The notes: generated by a model from the letters alone, not told the origin. Positions 36,838 through 47,363 are shown, counted from the first letter of the stretch. The stretch is DNA of 64,000 nt from Bacillota bacterium (GCA_023458375.1 JAEWZT010000002.1:72463-136462), one strand, 5' to 3'. Numbers and translations are program-made.

Positions 36838-38223
36838 ATGAGCAATTTACATGAAGAAAAAGAGGGTTTGACAAATACCCAAATTAAGCTGCCCAAACTG
36901 TGGAACAGAAACTTCGCCATACTTGTAATAGGCAGTTTTATATCTATGGTGGGCTATACCTGCGCCTCTTTTGCCATAAGCCTTTCCGTCTACGACACCA
37001 CGGGAAGCGTGCTGTTTTACGCGCTGACCTTAGTTACCGCAGTGCTGCCCAAGCTTGTCGTGCCCATGATAGCGGGCACTGTTTTTGACAGGCATTCGCG
37101 GCGCAAGGCGATACCGCGCATAGACTACTGCTATACCACATTGTTTTTAACCATAGGTCTTTTGACGCACTTCGGAATAATGAAGTATTGGATGTTTTTC
37201 ATTTCCGCTTTAATTTTAGGCACTCTTGACGGAACATACATGGTGGCTTTTGACAGCCTTTTTCCGCTGCTTACCACCACGCAAAACACCCGCAAAGCTT
37301 ACAGCATAAACAGTATGCTTTACCCTATCGCCTCAATTATAACTACCCCCTTAACGCTTTTAGGCTACGATTCAATAGGTCCCGTCGCCCTTTTTTTGGG
37401 CGCAAGCGTATTGTTTGCCATTACCGCAACCGTTGAGCTTTGGATAATTTTGCGCGAGCCTCACCTTGTTCCCTTTAAGCCCGAGGAGCAGGCAAAGCTG
37501 CCCCCTTCGCCGCGCGAACTTGAATACCTTTCTCAGGGCAAGGACCTTTCGGCGTTTACCGCGCGAAAGGAAAAGGGCAGCTTTATAGGCGACTTTAAGG
37601 AAGGTATAAAATATATCGCGGGCGAAAAGGGACTTTTAGCAATTACCATTTACTTTTTTGTTATAAGCCTATGCGGCGGCATAATGGGCACGCTCAACCT
37701 GCCCTATTTTAGAAGCAACGTCTTTATGGTGGGCGGCAAAGCTATTGACGGAATGTGGGCGTATTTTATCGTTTTCGGTTCTTCCACCTTGGGGCGTATA
37801 ATAGGCGCCAACGTGCAATACCGTATAAAGTTTCCAAAAGATATCCGCTATAATGTGGCGGTGTTTGTATATATAACTATCAACATTACCTCAATTATTG
37901 TTTTTCACCTGCCCGTTTGGCTTATGGCGTGCGTAATGTTTGTTGAGGGGACGCTTTCCGTTACGAGCTACAACATAAGGATAAGCAGCACAAGCACCTA
38001 CGTGCCCGACGACAAGCGAGGCCGCTTTAACGGCGCCTTTTTGCTTTTTAATATGCTGGGAACAATTTTAGGCCAGCTTATAGCAGGCTTTGTGGGCGAT
38101 ATTAAAGGCGTTACGGTGCCCGTCATTATAAGCATTGTCTATATTGTAAATCTGCTCTTTGTCTTTATAATTATAGTGCCCGCAAAAAAACATATTTCTC
38201 CCATCTACAACAGGGACTTATAA
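36838..38223 (+). CDS. MFS transporter
   Basis: About 461 aa from the ATG at 36838, because the track start at 36781 overlaps the leuS terminator. Shows a 12-TM profile and a central loop. Confidence 0.8.
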   Translation: MSNLHEEKEGLTNTQIKLPKLWNRNFAILVIGSFISMVGYTCASFAISLSVYDTTGSVLFYALTLVTAVLPKLVVPMIAGTVFDRHSRRKAIPRIDYCYTTLFLTIGLLTHFGIMKYWMFFISALILGTLDGTYMVAFDSLFPLLTTTQNTRKAYSINSMLYPIASIITTPLTLLGYDSIGPVALFLGASVLFAITATVELWIILREPHLVPFKPEEQAKLPPSPRELEYLSQGKDLSAFTARKEKGSFIGDFKEGIKYIAGEKGLLAITIYFFVISLCGGIMGTLNLPYFRSNVFMVGGKAIDGMWAYFIVFGSSTLGRIIGANVQYRIKFPKDIRYNVAVFVYITINITSIIVFHLPVWLMACVMFVEGTLSVTSYNIRISSTSTYVPDDKRGRFNGAFLLFNMLGTILGQLIAGFVGDIKGVTVPVIISIVYIVNLLFVFIIIVPAKKHISPIYNRDL

Positions 38224-38330
38224 AACTTAATCAAAGAATATTTAACGGTAGCAAAGAAATCGTTACCCGAAAGTTAGCAATATTTAACCTCGCGCCGCCT
38301 TGCGGCAGCGGGGATTTCTTTTGCTTGTAT

Positions 38331-38711
38331 TCACTGTTTTTCTCTTTTATATAATTTCCATTCAATAATCATTTTGTCTATGGTATTGATTAAATTCTGA
38401 GCTTTTATTTTTTGCTCTTGCGAAGTTGAGTTGAGCAATATAATTTCATAATGCCTTCTCATATAAATCATCTGCTCTAATACGGTGGTATTCATTTTTG
38501 CCAATTCCTCTTCCATAAAAGCTATTTGACGCCTTATTTCTTGCTTTTTCTGCTCTGTCAGTTCCCTTTTGGGCTCTTCCGCCCTTTCTATGGAGCTTGA
38601 AATTTCCTGTTCCGGAAGAACAGTTTTGGCAAGTGCCGTTTGGGGGCAGCTCAAAAAAATTATAACGGCAAACGCAAGGCAAAATAAACTTTTATTTAAA
38701 GCTTTTTTCAT
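38331..38711 (-). CDS. small secreted hypothetical protein (signal peptide plus helical region)
   Basis: 126 aa with a signal peptide ending ALA-KT and a charged helical remainder. The gene is AT-rich. Confidence 0.5.
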   Translation of the reverse strand: MKKALNKSLFCLAFAVIIFLSCPQTALAKTVLPEQEISSSIERAEEPKRELTEQKKQEIRRQIAFMEEELAKMNTTVLEQMIYMRRHYEIILLNSTSQEQKIKAQNLINTIDKMIIEWKLYKREKQ

Positions 38712-38773
38712 AACAACACGTCCTTTTTATTTTATTTTGTCCTAATAAATAATCTCAAAGATTAAAACAACTT

Positions 38774-39760
38774 TTATGTTTTGTTTCCTTTTTCCTTTTC
38801 TTCTTTAATAACAAAATTGGGGTAGGGAATTACTATACCGTGAGCGTCAAAAAGCATTTTAATTTCCCTGTTAAGGCCCCTTTCCACTTGAAAACGGTCT
38901 TCCTCTTTGCATTTTGCGATAAAAAGCAGCGTTACGCCTTTATCGCCAAGTTCCGACACCCCTCTGTAAAAAGGCCCCTCTTCCAACCCCTGCACCCTGC
39001 CTTTTATGGCGGGAAGTTTTTCGCTTATAATTTTTTCCGTCCGTTCAAGGTTTTCGCCGTAGCCTATCCTTACGCGGCATAAAACCACCGACAGGTTCAG
39101 CGACATATTGATAATGCCTTTTATAGCGCTGTTGCTTATTATTTTGACGTTGCCCAAGTCGTCTTGAAGCGTGGTGGTGCGTATCCCCACGTTGACCACG
39201 GCGCCCCTGAAATCTTCTATCGTAACGATGTCGCCTACCTGGTATTCCCCCTCAAAGACAATAAAAAGCCCCGCGATAATGTCTTCAATCAAACTTTGCG
39301 CGCCCAAACCTATCACAAACGCCAAGATGCCCGCCGAAGCTAAAAGCGTAACGGTGTCTACGCCGAAGGCGGCGAGCACAAGCCCCGCCGTAACTATCGC
39401 TACGGCGTATTTTATAAAGCTTGCCAGCAAATTAACAATTGTTTTGCCCCTTTTGGTGCGCGACAGAGAAAGCCTTAACAGCCACTTGATGACTTTGTAG
39501 ACCGCCGACATGATGACTACGTAAACGAGGGAGGAAATTAACGCGTCAAGCGTGTCTTTATTGAAAATGTCTACGATTTTGCCTAAATTATCTTTAAAAA
39601 GACTGGAAAAGGCGTTTTCCTCGCCGAAAATATTTTTTGCGAAAATACCGAACACCAAAAAGCCCGCCATAACGACCGCGATTATAATTGTGCTTATTAC
39701 GGCGGAAGGCTTGCGTTTTAAAAGTTTTAGCCGTGTTTGCCCGTTCCTTTCCTTTCTCAT
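38774..39760 (-). CDS. mechanosensitive ion channel (MscS family)
   Basis: 328 aa with 3 TM segments, then the conserved pore and beta-domain region (GAQSLIEDIIAGLFIVFEGEYQVGDIV). Confidence 0.9.
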   Translation of the reverse strand: MRKERNGQTRLKLLKRKPSAVISTIIIAVVMAGFLVFGIFAKNIFGEENAFSSLFKDNLGKIVDIFNKDTLDALISSLVYVVIMSAVYKVIKWLLRLSLSRTKRGKTIVNLLASFIKYAVAIVTAGLVLAAFGVDTVTLLASAGILAFVIGLGAQSLIEDIIAGLFIVFEGEYQVGDIVTIEDFRGAVVNVGIRTTTLQDDLGNVKIISNSAIKGIINMSLNLSVVLCRVRIGYGENLERTEKIISEKLPAIKGRVQGLEEGPFYRGVSELGDKGVTLLFIAKCKEEDRFQVERGLNREIKMLFDAHGIVIPYPNFVIKEEKEKGNKT

Positions 39761-40416
39761 TTAAGTTATTTTGCGCAGCTAAAAATAATATATTTAAATA
39801 ACCCCGCCCGTCTTAATTTTTTCCGCGGATATTCTTTATATGGTTTGTTGCGAAGCTTATTTTTTTCCCGCTAGTCCAACTTCCCCCTATTATCCTTTTT
39901 GCTGTGCCGCCCCCACGGCGTAGTTTTTTGCTGTGCCCAATATGCTATTAATTGCTTTTACGCCGCCCATGTTTTACTTCTTTGCGTTTGCCTCAGTTGT
40001 CTTTTGCGCTTTATGTTTTTGCTCTTGTTTTAGCTGAGGCGGCTTAAATAATTGCGTTTCGCCTTACTTTGCCAAACCCCTGCACAGTTTTTATGCCCCG
40101 CTAGCCGTTATCTATGCCCGCTGTTTTGCGCCGATTTTGCAGCTGCATATTTTTATTTCTTAGCAGTATCTCTTTTTCGGCGCTTTAACCCTTTCATATT
40201 TTGCGTTTCGGCTTGAATGTTTTTCTTTATTTTCTTCTCTTTTTTTGCTTAATTTTATATAGACAATCCGCCTTTATTTTTTCCTCTTTTACATAAAAAT
40301 CTATACTTTTTTCCGTCAAATTTTTTATTTTCTCCGCGCAATTTAAAGAAAGGCGTTTTTAAAATTGCTTACTATTATTTTTTTAAATAAATAATTTTTT
40401 TGCCGCAATTTTTCTC

Positions 40417-40444
40417 TTGACATAAAAGCGTGTTTTGATACAAT
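40417..40444 (+). promoter_or_regulatory. sigma-A type promoter (extended -10) of the MgtC-family gene
   Basis: TTGACA (40417-40422), 16 nt, TGaTACAAT (TACAAT at 40439-40444). Confidence 0.65.
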
Positions 40445-40488
40445 GATAAAAAACAATTTTTTACGCAAAACTTAAAGGAGGAGAGAGG

Positions 40489-41127
40489 GTGGATTTAAAA
40501 CAGCAACTTATATATTTGCTTAGAGTTTTATTAGCGGGGATTTGCGGCTTGTTAGTGGGCATTGAGCGCAGCCACCGTCAAAAAGAGGCGGGAATGCGAA
40601 CTCACTATATCGTTGCCGCGGCGTCCGCTCTTTTAATGTGCGTCTCTATTTCCTTTGAAAACGACAGCGCGCGCATAGCCGCCCAAATCGTTACGGGCAT
40701 AGGTTTTTTGGGCGCGGGAATGATATTTTTCCGCAGAGAAAGCCTGCACGGGCTTACGACGGCGGCGGGCGTTTGGGCGACGTCGGGCATAGGCATGGCT
40801 ATGGGAAGGGGGCTGTATTTGCTGGCGGCAGGAGGCACTCTCGTAGTTGTGGCGGCGCAATTTATCTTTTATTCAAAGTTTTACCGCATTAAAACAATGC
40901 CACAGCTTTTGCTCGTAAAGTTTTATTATTCCGACGAAGTTAAAACAAAACTGCAAGAATATTTCAAGGTCAAGCAGTTTTCACGCTTTAAGGTGGAGCA
41001 AATTGACAACCGCCTGAAAGCCGAAGCGGTAATACGCCCCGGCATAGACTGTTCGGCGGAAAGCATATCCAATATAGTTTTGATAGAGGACGAAATCCTT
41101 TCCATTGAACGCTTAGAGGACTTATAA
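40489..41127 (+). CDS. MgtC/SapB family membrane protein
   Basis: 212 aa with a GTG start after AAGGAGGAG and the N-terminal motif AGICGLLVGIERSHRQKEAGMRTH. It has a C-terminal soluble domain. Confidence 0.85.
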   Translation: MDLKQQLIYLLRVLLAGICGLLVGIERSHRQKEAGMRTHYIVAAASALLMCVSISFENDSARIAAQIVTGIGFLGAGMIFFRRESLHGLTTAAGVWATSGIGMAMGRGLYLLAAGGTLVVVAAQFIFYSKFYRIKTMPQLLLVKFYYSDEVKTKLQEYFKVKQFSRFKVEQIDNRLKAEAVIRPGIDCSAESISNIVLIEDEILSIERLEDL

Positions 41128-41213
41128 AAGCATAGTTAACTATAATCAAACGAAGTTTTAAATAAAAGCTTTCAAACTTATTCATTCCGCTTTTAAAACT
41201 ACACTTAAAACTA

Positions 41214-41238
41214 ACCTCCGCAAATGCGGAGGTTTTTA
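41214..41238 (+). terminator. Rho-independent terminator of the MgtC-family gene
   Basis: ACCTCCGC-AAAT-GCGGAGGT followed by TTTTT. Confidence 0.85.
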
Positions 41239-41584
41239 ATATCCTCAGATTTAACGGCTAATCCGTTTAAATAACTGGGGCATTTCGGCGGTATTGGCAA
41301 AAAATGATTTTGCTTGAAAATTGTATACTTTGCGGCAAGTAAATATCTACCCTCTTAAACGCGCGGCAAAGGGCACAGGCTTGTTTGAAAAAACCAGTTC
41401 AAATAAACATTACTGCAAAGAAAAGATTTTAATAATACAATAAACTTTAAAAAGTCAAAAATATTTTTAAAAACAATCCGCCGCCTGATGCAAGCGCGTT
41501 AAACATAAGCGACGGCAAAATAAAAGGCGCGGAATAAAAGAAGGAAATCTTTTGGCGATAATTAAATCAAAAGCGCTTAAAAAA

Positions 41585-43826
41585 CTAAACAAAAAGCGAC
41601 TCGTAAACTAACTCTATCTGCTCGTTGATACTTACAAAAGATTCAACAATACCGGGGTCAAAATGCGTCCCCGATTCGCCTAAAATTATTTCACATGCCG
41701 TTTTGTGGTTTAGCTCCTCTTTATAAGGACGCTTTGTCCTTAGCGCGTCATAAACGTCTATTACCGACATTATCCTTGCGGGCAGGGGTATTTCTTCGCC
41801 CTTTAACCCCGCCAGATAGCCTCTGCCGTCCCACCTTTCGTGGTGGTATTTGGCTATTTTGTTTGCCATAATTATTATTTGGTTGTCAGGGAAGTGCTTA
41901 ATAATTTCTAGCAGCGTGTCTGAGCCATATTTAACGTGCTGCTTAACAGAATCAAACTCCTGTGCAGAAAGTTTGCCCGGTTTAAGCAAAATACTGTCGG
42001 GCACCTTTATTTTGCCTATGTCGTGAAGCGCCGAGGCGTAAAAAATGGTGTTGATAAAGCCTGAATTGATTTTGTCGGCGTATTTTTTGTCCTCATGAAG
42101 TTTGTTTGCCAAAAGCTTGCATAAATATTGAATGCGCTCTGCGTGAAAGCCCGTTTCGCTGTCGCGCGACTTGGAGATTTTTGCCAGCGCAAACACCATC
42201 GCCTTGTTGGAATCTTCAAGGTGCTGCATATTTACTTTTAGGCTGTTGTCTAAGGCGTTTAGGTCTTCAAGTATGTTTTGCTCCCTTAGCTTATCTTTGG
42301 TAATGTCAAGCGCTATAAAAACATAGTGGGTTATCTCGCGGTTTTCGTCAAACACCGGCGACACCGAAAGCGACTGCCAGTATTCCTTTCCGTCGGGCTT
42401 TTTGCCAAACAGTTCCCCTTTCCATTGCCTGCCCTCATTTAAATCTTTTAATAAAGCGCGGTAGGGAGAGTTTAAACCTTTGCCAATCGCCAAAATCTCC
42501 ATAATGTCGCCGCCCAAAAGGGCTTCTTCCTCAATTTCAGTAAGGAAAGTAAAGGCTTGGTTTACAAATTGAACCTTCATGTCGGGGTTTGTTATGACTA
42601 TGGAAACGGGGGAATATTCAGCGGCGCATTTTACAACCTTTAACTCTGACTCGCGGTTTTTTATGTCGGTAATGTCTATGTGCGTGCCTATAAGCGTTAC
42701 GGGTCTGCCCTTTTCAAACTCAATAGCCTTGCCGCTTGACCTTATCCATAATATGTTGCCTTTTTTGTGTATCACTCTGAATTCGCAGCGGAAATAATCC
42801 ATTTCGCCGCTTATAATTTTTTTTATTTTGTCTTCGGCTCTTTTAAAGTCTTGCGGGTGTATATGTTTTTCCCACAATATATTATTTGCAGATTCAATCT
42901 CGCTTAGGGTATAGCCTATCATTTCCGCCCATTTTCGCTAAAAACCGTTTTACCCGAGGGCAAATGCCATTCCCAAACGCCGATATTAGAGGTATCCATC
43001 ATAAATTCAAGCTTGATATTTTGCTGCTCAACCTTGTTTTCAAGTTCCATTCTGGAAATGGCGTTGACAAGCACGTTTGAAAAGTCAAAAAGCGCTATTT
43101 TTTCAAACTCCGTATAATACCTGAAATCTTTTACCGAGTCAAACCCCAAAAAACCCTGTAAGTCGTCGTTGTTATACATGGGTATTGTAAGCAGGCTTTT
43201 AACGCCCTGCGGCTCTAAAATCGTTCTGACCATATCGTCTCAAAAGGCAGCTGAAAAACGTTGGGTATATACAGCGCCTCACCCTTTAAGTGCGTATTTA
43301 TCCAGTCGGGAATATCGCTTAAACCGATACACTGTAAATCGTCTATGACGGGCAATATGCCCGAAGAACACCACTCAAATGTGTTTGCGCAGATACCTTT
43401 TTTAAAATCGTATTTGAATATATACGCCCTGTCGGCGGTTACAAATTCGCCTAGAAGTTTAAGCCCCCTGTTGACGGTATCTTGGTAGTTGGACTTGTTC
43501 ATGCTGGCGAAAGAGGCGGAAATTTTAGAAATAATATTGTATAAGGTAATTTGATTTTTTTGCTTTTTGGCGTAGGGGCTTGAAAGCAGATACTTTTCGC
43601 TGTAACGCGACTCGCCGCCTTTTAAGTCGTCCAGTTGAAGCAATTCTTCGGGGTGTAGTTTTAACACAACGGAAAGGGGCTTAATTAAGCTTAAATCGGG
43701 CTGACCCTGCCCCGTTTCCCACTTGCTTATAAGCTTGTCCGAAACGTTTATTTGGTTGGCGAGTTCTTTTTGCGTCAGGTTTAGCTGCTGCCGTCTGCTT
43801 TTTATTATGTCATGTATTGAATACAT
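41585..43826 (-). pseudogene. HTH(XRE)-GAF-PAS-PAS-HD-GYP signalling gene split into three ORFs by two 1-nt frameshifts
   Basis: The three ORFs are 43215-43826 (HTH plus GAF N-half), 42919-43233 (GAF C-half plus PAS start) and 41585-42922 (PAS, PAS, HD-GYP with HDIGK and HHERWDGRGYLAGL). Adding one base in the T4/A4 runs at 43217-43220 and 42932-42935 restores ...SERFLEPQGV... and ...SENWAEMIGYTLSEI... Confidence 0.75.
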
Positions 43827-44432
43827 ACTTTTTCCTTTGTGTAACCCTGTTGCCCCATTTCAAAGCCGTATTTGCGTTGCCGCCAATAAAGTATATCACC
43901 CTATTTTATCGGCGAATTCTACTATTAAAAGAAATATTCTATGTATCGGGGAATAAGTTGCCGCAAGTTAAATATAATCTCTTTATTTTGCTTTGGATGT
44001 GACTAAGTTACATAAGCGCGCCTATACCACTATTAAATGAAAGCAGTTTCGATATTGGCAAATATTATCGTTCAAAAATATTGTAACGGTTAAAATAGAA
44101 TGCCGAGGGAAAAAACGCTAAACTTTTTTTCTCATTTCAAAAATCGGCGAAAGGTAAAATATTTGCTTTTTGTTTTTCAAATATTAAGCCTTTTAAGGCA
44201 TTTTGCGCTATTAGTCTTTGCAGACATTTAAAATAAAAAAGACGTTATGTTAACCGCGCTAGTTATCAAACGGGTATGGCTTTGTTAACAATTTTTAACC
44301 GGAAAAAATGGGCGCGGCGTTAACATTGCCTTTAACAAAATAAAAAAACGCGATTGCCTTGCGCCGCCAAGCTTTTTAAAAGTATAATAAAAAGATAAAG
44401 GTCGTTTCGCCGCTTTAAGAAAGGAAAGAATT

Positions 44433-44944
44433 ATGGGACATATCGGGTTTTCTTATATGGGGTTGATATATCTTCTGATGCTGTTTATCCCCAATATTAT
44501 TTGGGCAAGAAAGCGGCCGCAAGGGTATGATGAACTTGCCAAAAACGAAAACAAGACGCTGCTGGCGTTTGAGCGCGCGGGGCAGATTGCGACGTCTGCG
44601 GCGGCGGTCATGTTTTCCGACTATAACCCCGTTGAGTTTTCGGCGTGGACGGCGTGGCTTATCGCGTCGGGCGTTTTGATGCTTTATATGAGGCGGCGTG
44701 GGTGAGGTATTTTTTAAAGCCCGCCTTAAAAAACTTTTACAAAAGCTTTTTGCTTATTCCCCTGCCGCTTGCGTCTTTGCCCGTTTCGGCATTTCTGTTG
44801 CTGGGGATATACGGAAAGGTCATATGGCTAATAATTTCCGCCCTTATTTTGGGCGTAGGACATATCGGTATCCACATTCAGCATATGTGCGCGGCAAACA
44901 AAAGCTCAAAATTGAGCGGCTTTGATTATACGAAAGTTATTTAA
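44433..44944 (+). pseudogene. small polytopic membrane protein split by a 1-nt frameshift
   Basis: ORFs 44433-44705 and 44645-44944 overlap in different frames. One extra T in the T3 run at 44683-44685 gives a continuous ...ASGVLMLLYEAAWVRYFLKP... Confidence 0.65.
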
Positions 44945-45240
44945 GAGCTTGAAAACGAAAGCTGTCGTTTATAAAAATGAAAGCTAACAGGCCAATTACT
45001 TTCTGCATATAAAATATCTCACGCGCGTTTTTGAGGAGAAGGGTTAACACTTTTTTTGCCTCCGAAGATGCCTCAGCTACAAGTAGAGTTTTCTTAATGT
45101 TTTGGCGCGGTAAATGAAGTTTACCTAGTTTACAAAAAATGTGTTTTTACCCAAAAATTGTTTTCTCAAACAGTTTTTTAATCTATCTTTTAAAATCCGC
45201 AGTTGCAGCCCAATGCCGCAGACCTTTTTTTGTTAAACCA

Positions 45241-45350
45241 AATAAGCCGCAATAAGACTTGCGGCATAGCAAAGACTATGTATTATTTTTTTATTGTTTA
45301 TGCCGTTAAAAATAGCGTTTCTCGTTTTTAGAATATTTTTTAGCGTAGCC
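45241..45350 (-). repeat. orphan paralogue of the ABC-F leader/terminator element
   Basis: About 79% identity (33 of about 42 aligned columns) over the 42-nt hairpin core compared with 50661-50758, weaker and with indels beyond. The GCCGC...GCGGC hairpin (45246-45265) and the flanking AGCAAA..ACTATG and TTAGAATAT blocks are conserved. Confidence 0.6.
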
Positions 45351-45471
45351 TGTTTACTAGTTTTGTCATTTTTCCAACGGTTTTAGCCGAACAAAACCGT
45401 TGCACTCGTAAAAATTACTCCTTATATATTCATTTGCTTTGCTTTCTTTAAAATTGATATTTGATTTTCCT

Positions 45472-46194
45472 TTAAGGCTTTCTTACAAAAATGCTTGCCG
45501 AATAGGGATTGGCGCTGTTGGTTTCCATTTTTATAAACTTTTCAACTATAAAACCAGCGTTTTGCAGCTCTTTTATGTATCCCTCTTTGCTTTTTGCCCT
45601 TGCGGGCACCAACGGGATTAAAACTTCCTTGCCGCTTTTGTCCTCGCGGCGCAAACTCGGCGTTTTGTAGTCGCTGCCGCAGATTTCTTCCCAATGCTTG
45701 TAGGAACGGACTGCGCCGTCAAAAGCGTCTTCGCCGTGGCACTGCCTGAAAAATAGCATGGGCGCGCCGCTTTTTAAACAGCCGAATGCATTTTTCAAAT
45801 AAGCGGCACGTTCGCCGTCGGCAACAAGCATATGCAATCCCATGCAGTCAAGCGCGGCGTCATAACAATCGGGGGCGCTTTCTTTTACCATGTCAAGCAG
45901 GCACACTTTTGCGTCGGGAAACTGGTAAAGCCTTTCTTTGGCTTTTTTAACAGCGGAAGGCGCGATGTCAACGCCGTGATACAAACAGCCCAGCTTTGAC
46001 AAAATCATGCCGCAAGCGCCCTCCCCGCAGGCAAAATCAATTATTTTTTTGCCCCCAAGGTTGTTTTCTTCTACCCATTTTTCAAGCGTCGCGCAAAGTA
46101 TTTCGTCGTCGGATGAGTGCCCCCAATACTCAACGCCTGCCGCGTAAACCTTTTGATACCTATCCTCATACGCCAAATAATAAGGCTTTTTCAC
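45472..46194 (-). CDS. class I SAM-dependent methyltransferase
   Basis: 240 aa with a GTG start after GGAGAGGGG and SAM-binding motif I IIDFACGEGACG. Confidence 0.8.
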   Translation of the reverse strand: MKKPYYLAYEDRYQKVYAAGVEYWGHSSDDEILCATLEKWVEENNLGGKKIIDFACGEGACGMILSKLGCLYHGVDIAPSAVKKAKERLYQFPDAKVCLLDMVKESAPDCYDAALDCMGLHMLVADGERAAYLKNAFGCLKSGAPMLFFRQCHGEDAFDGAVRSYKHWEEICGSDYKTPSLRREDKSGKEVLIPLVPARAKSKEGYIKELQNAGFIVEKFIKMETNSANPYSASIFVRKP

Positions 46195-46472
46195 TCCCCT
46201 CTCCTTTTGCTTTCGCCTTGCCTTGCCGCAATTTATTAAAAATAAGTATAACAGAAAAGACCACTCAACTCAATAATTAAAGCCAAGTGATACAAGAAAA
46301 ACCTAATAAGCCCCTCAACATCTAAAATGGCAGTATTCTTTCATTGGGGCAATTAAGCATTCTATTGATGTTTTCAACTGCTTCCGTTACCTCTAAATAT
46401 TCGTCATTGCTTTCTTTGCCATACAACTTTCACAATTTAGTAAAGAACTTCGTTACGTCCTTGTCTCCATAA

Positions 46473-46742
46473 TTGACGAGACTTGTCTGTTTGATAACGC
46501 AATTTCACACAAGATATAACAATAAAATAGCCTGCTACACAAAAGTATTTATTGTTACAAATTGGAAGCCAACGGAGCAGTATAAAAAAATACAAGAGGA
46601 ATACCCAAAAACTTGGCAAGCCTTTAAGCGCAGGATACATAAAGTTTTTGATTTTGATAAAAGCAAAACGCAAGAGGTAGATTTGTTTGAGGTATTTAAC
46701 AACTTAACGCTTATAGAGGACAACGGCGAATTACCATTTTAA
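46473..46742 (+). CDS. hypothetical protein (doubtful; possible remnant)
   Basis: 89 codons with only a TTG start and no internal ATG, in an AT-rich region next to the tRNA genes. Confidence 0.25.
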   Translation: MTRLVCLITQFHTRYNNKIACYTKVFIVTNWKPTEQYKKIQEEYPKTWQAFKRRIHKVFDFDKSKTQEVDLFEVFNNLTLIEDNGELPF

Positions 46743-46759
46743 AAGGAGTAAACTTTATT

Positions 46760-47086
46760 ATGACAGTAAAAGATAGAAAACAAGCCGTATTAAATGAAAT
46801 AATAGCATCGTATAACAATTACTACGGCAATACTAAAAGCGGTATAGAACAGCAATTAAAGGCTCTAAAACAAGCGGAAATATTAACAACGGCAGAATAT
46901 GACAATTTGCTTTCGGCTCTTGCGGAATATAAGCAATATATACTTGGCATTTTGTCAAACTCGTTGCGTGTCCGTGTAAGTTTTAACAATAACCCCATAG
47001 CGCAAAAGCAAAGGCAAAACGGTGGAAATTATCCTTTGCAGACTTGGATAAGCTATTTGAACCCTTGCAAAAACTTGAAATACTAG
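46760..47086 (+). CDS. small hypothetical protein (phage-like; possibly frameshifted near its 3' end)
   Basis: 108 aa with an AAAAGGAG RBS. The alternative frame 46993-47112 reads protein-like (...SFADLDKLFEPLQKLEILDENGNNNA*). Confidence 0.4.
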   Translation: MTVKDRKQAVLNEIIASYNNYYGNTKSGIEQQLKALKQAEILTTAEYDNLLSALAEYKQYILGILSNSLRVRVSFNNNPIAQKQRQNGGNYPLQTWISYLNPCKNLKY

Positions 47087-47162
47087 ACGAAAACGGCAAT
47101 AATAACGCATAGTAGCAAGTTTAAGAGGGTATGAAAATTACTTTTTTGTTCCCAAAATGCAC

Positions 47163-47230
47163 CCACAAAAAATAAAACCACAATATATTGTAGTCTTTTG
47201 AGCCTTTGACATACTTTATATTGTGGTTTT
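47163..47230 (-). terminator. terminator downstream of tRNA-Ser
   Basis: A 14-bp perfect stem, AAAACCACAATATA (47174-47187) with TATATTGTGGTTTT (47217-47230), then a T-run on the minus strand. Confidence 0.6.
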
Positions 47231-47236
47231 TAAATC

Positions 47237-47328
47237 TGGCGGAGAAAGAGAGATTTGAACTCTCGCTAGGTTTCTCACCTACTACTCCCTTAGCAGGGGA
47301 GCCCCTTCGGCCACTTGGGTATTTCTCC
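47237..47328 (-). tRNA. tRNA-Ser (anticodon GCU), class II with a long variable arm, CCA encoded
   Basis: The reverse complement is GGAGAAATACCCAAGTGGCCGAAGGGGCTCCCCTGCTAAGGGAG...GAGAGTTCAAATCTCTCTTTCTCCGCCA. The acceptor is GGAGAAA/TTTCTCC, the anticodon loop CTGCTAA and the T-loop TTCAAAT. Confidence 0.9.
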
Positions 47329-47363
47329 GCGTTATGCAAATCTTTTTGTGAAGCCGCTTATGT

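Noticed and set aside
40300-40488. Possible M-box (Mg2+) riboswitch upstream of the MgtC-family gene
   Set aside because: The promoter at 40417-40444 leaves a roughly 40-nt leader, far too short for an M-box, and no conserved M-box helices are seen.
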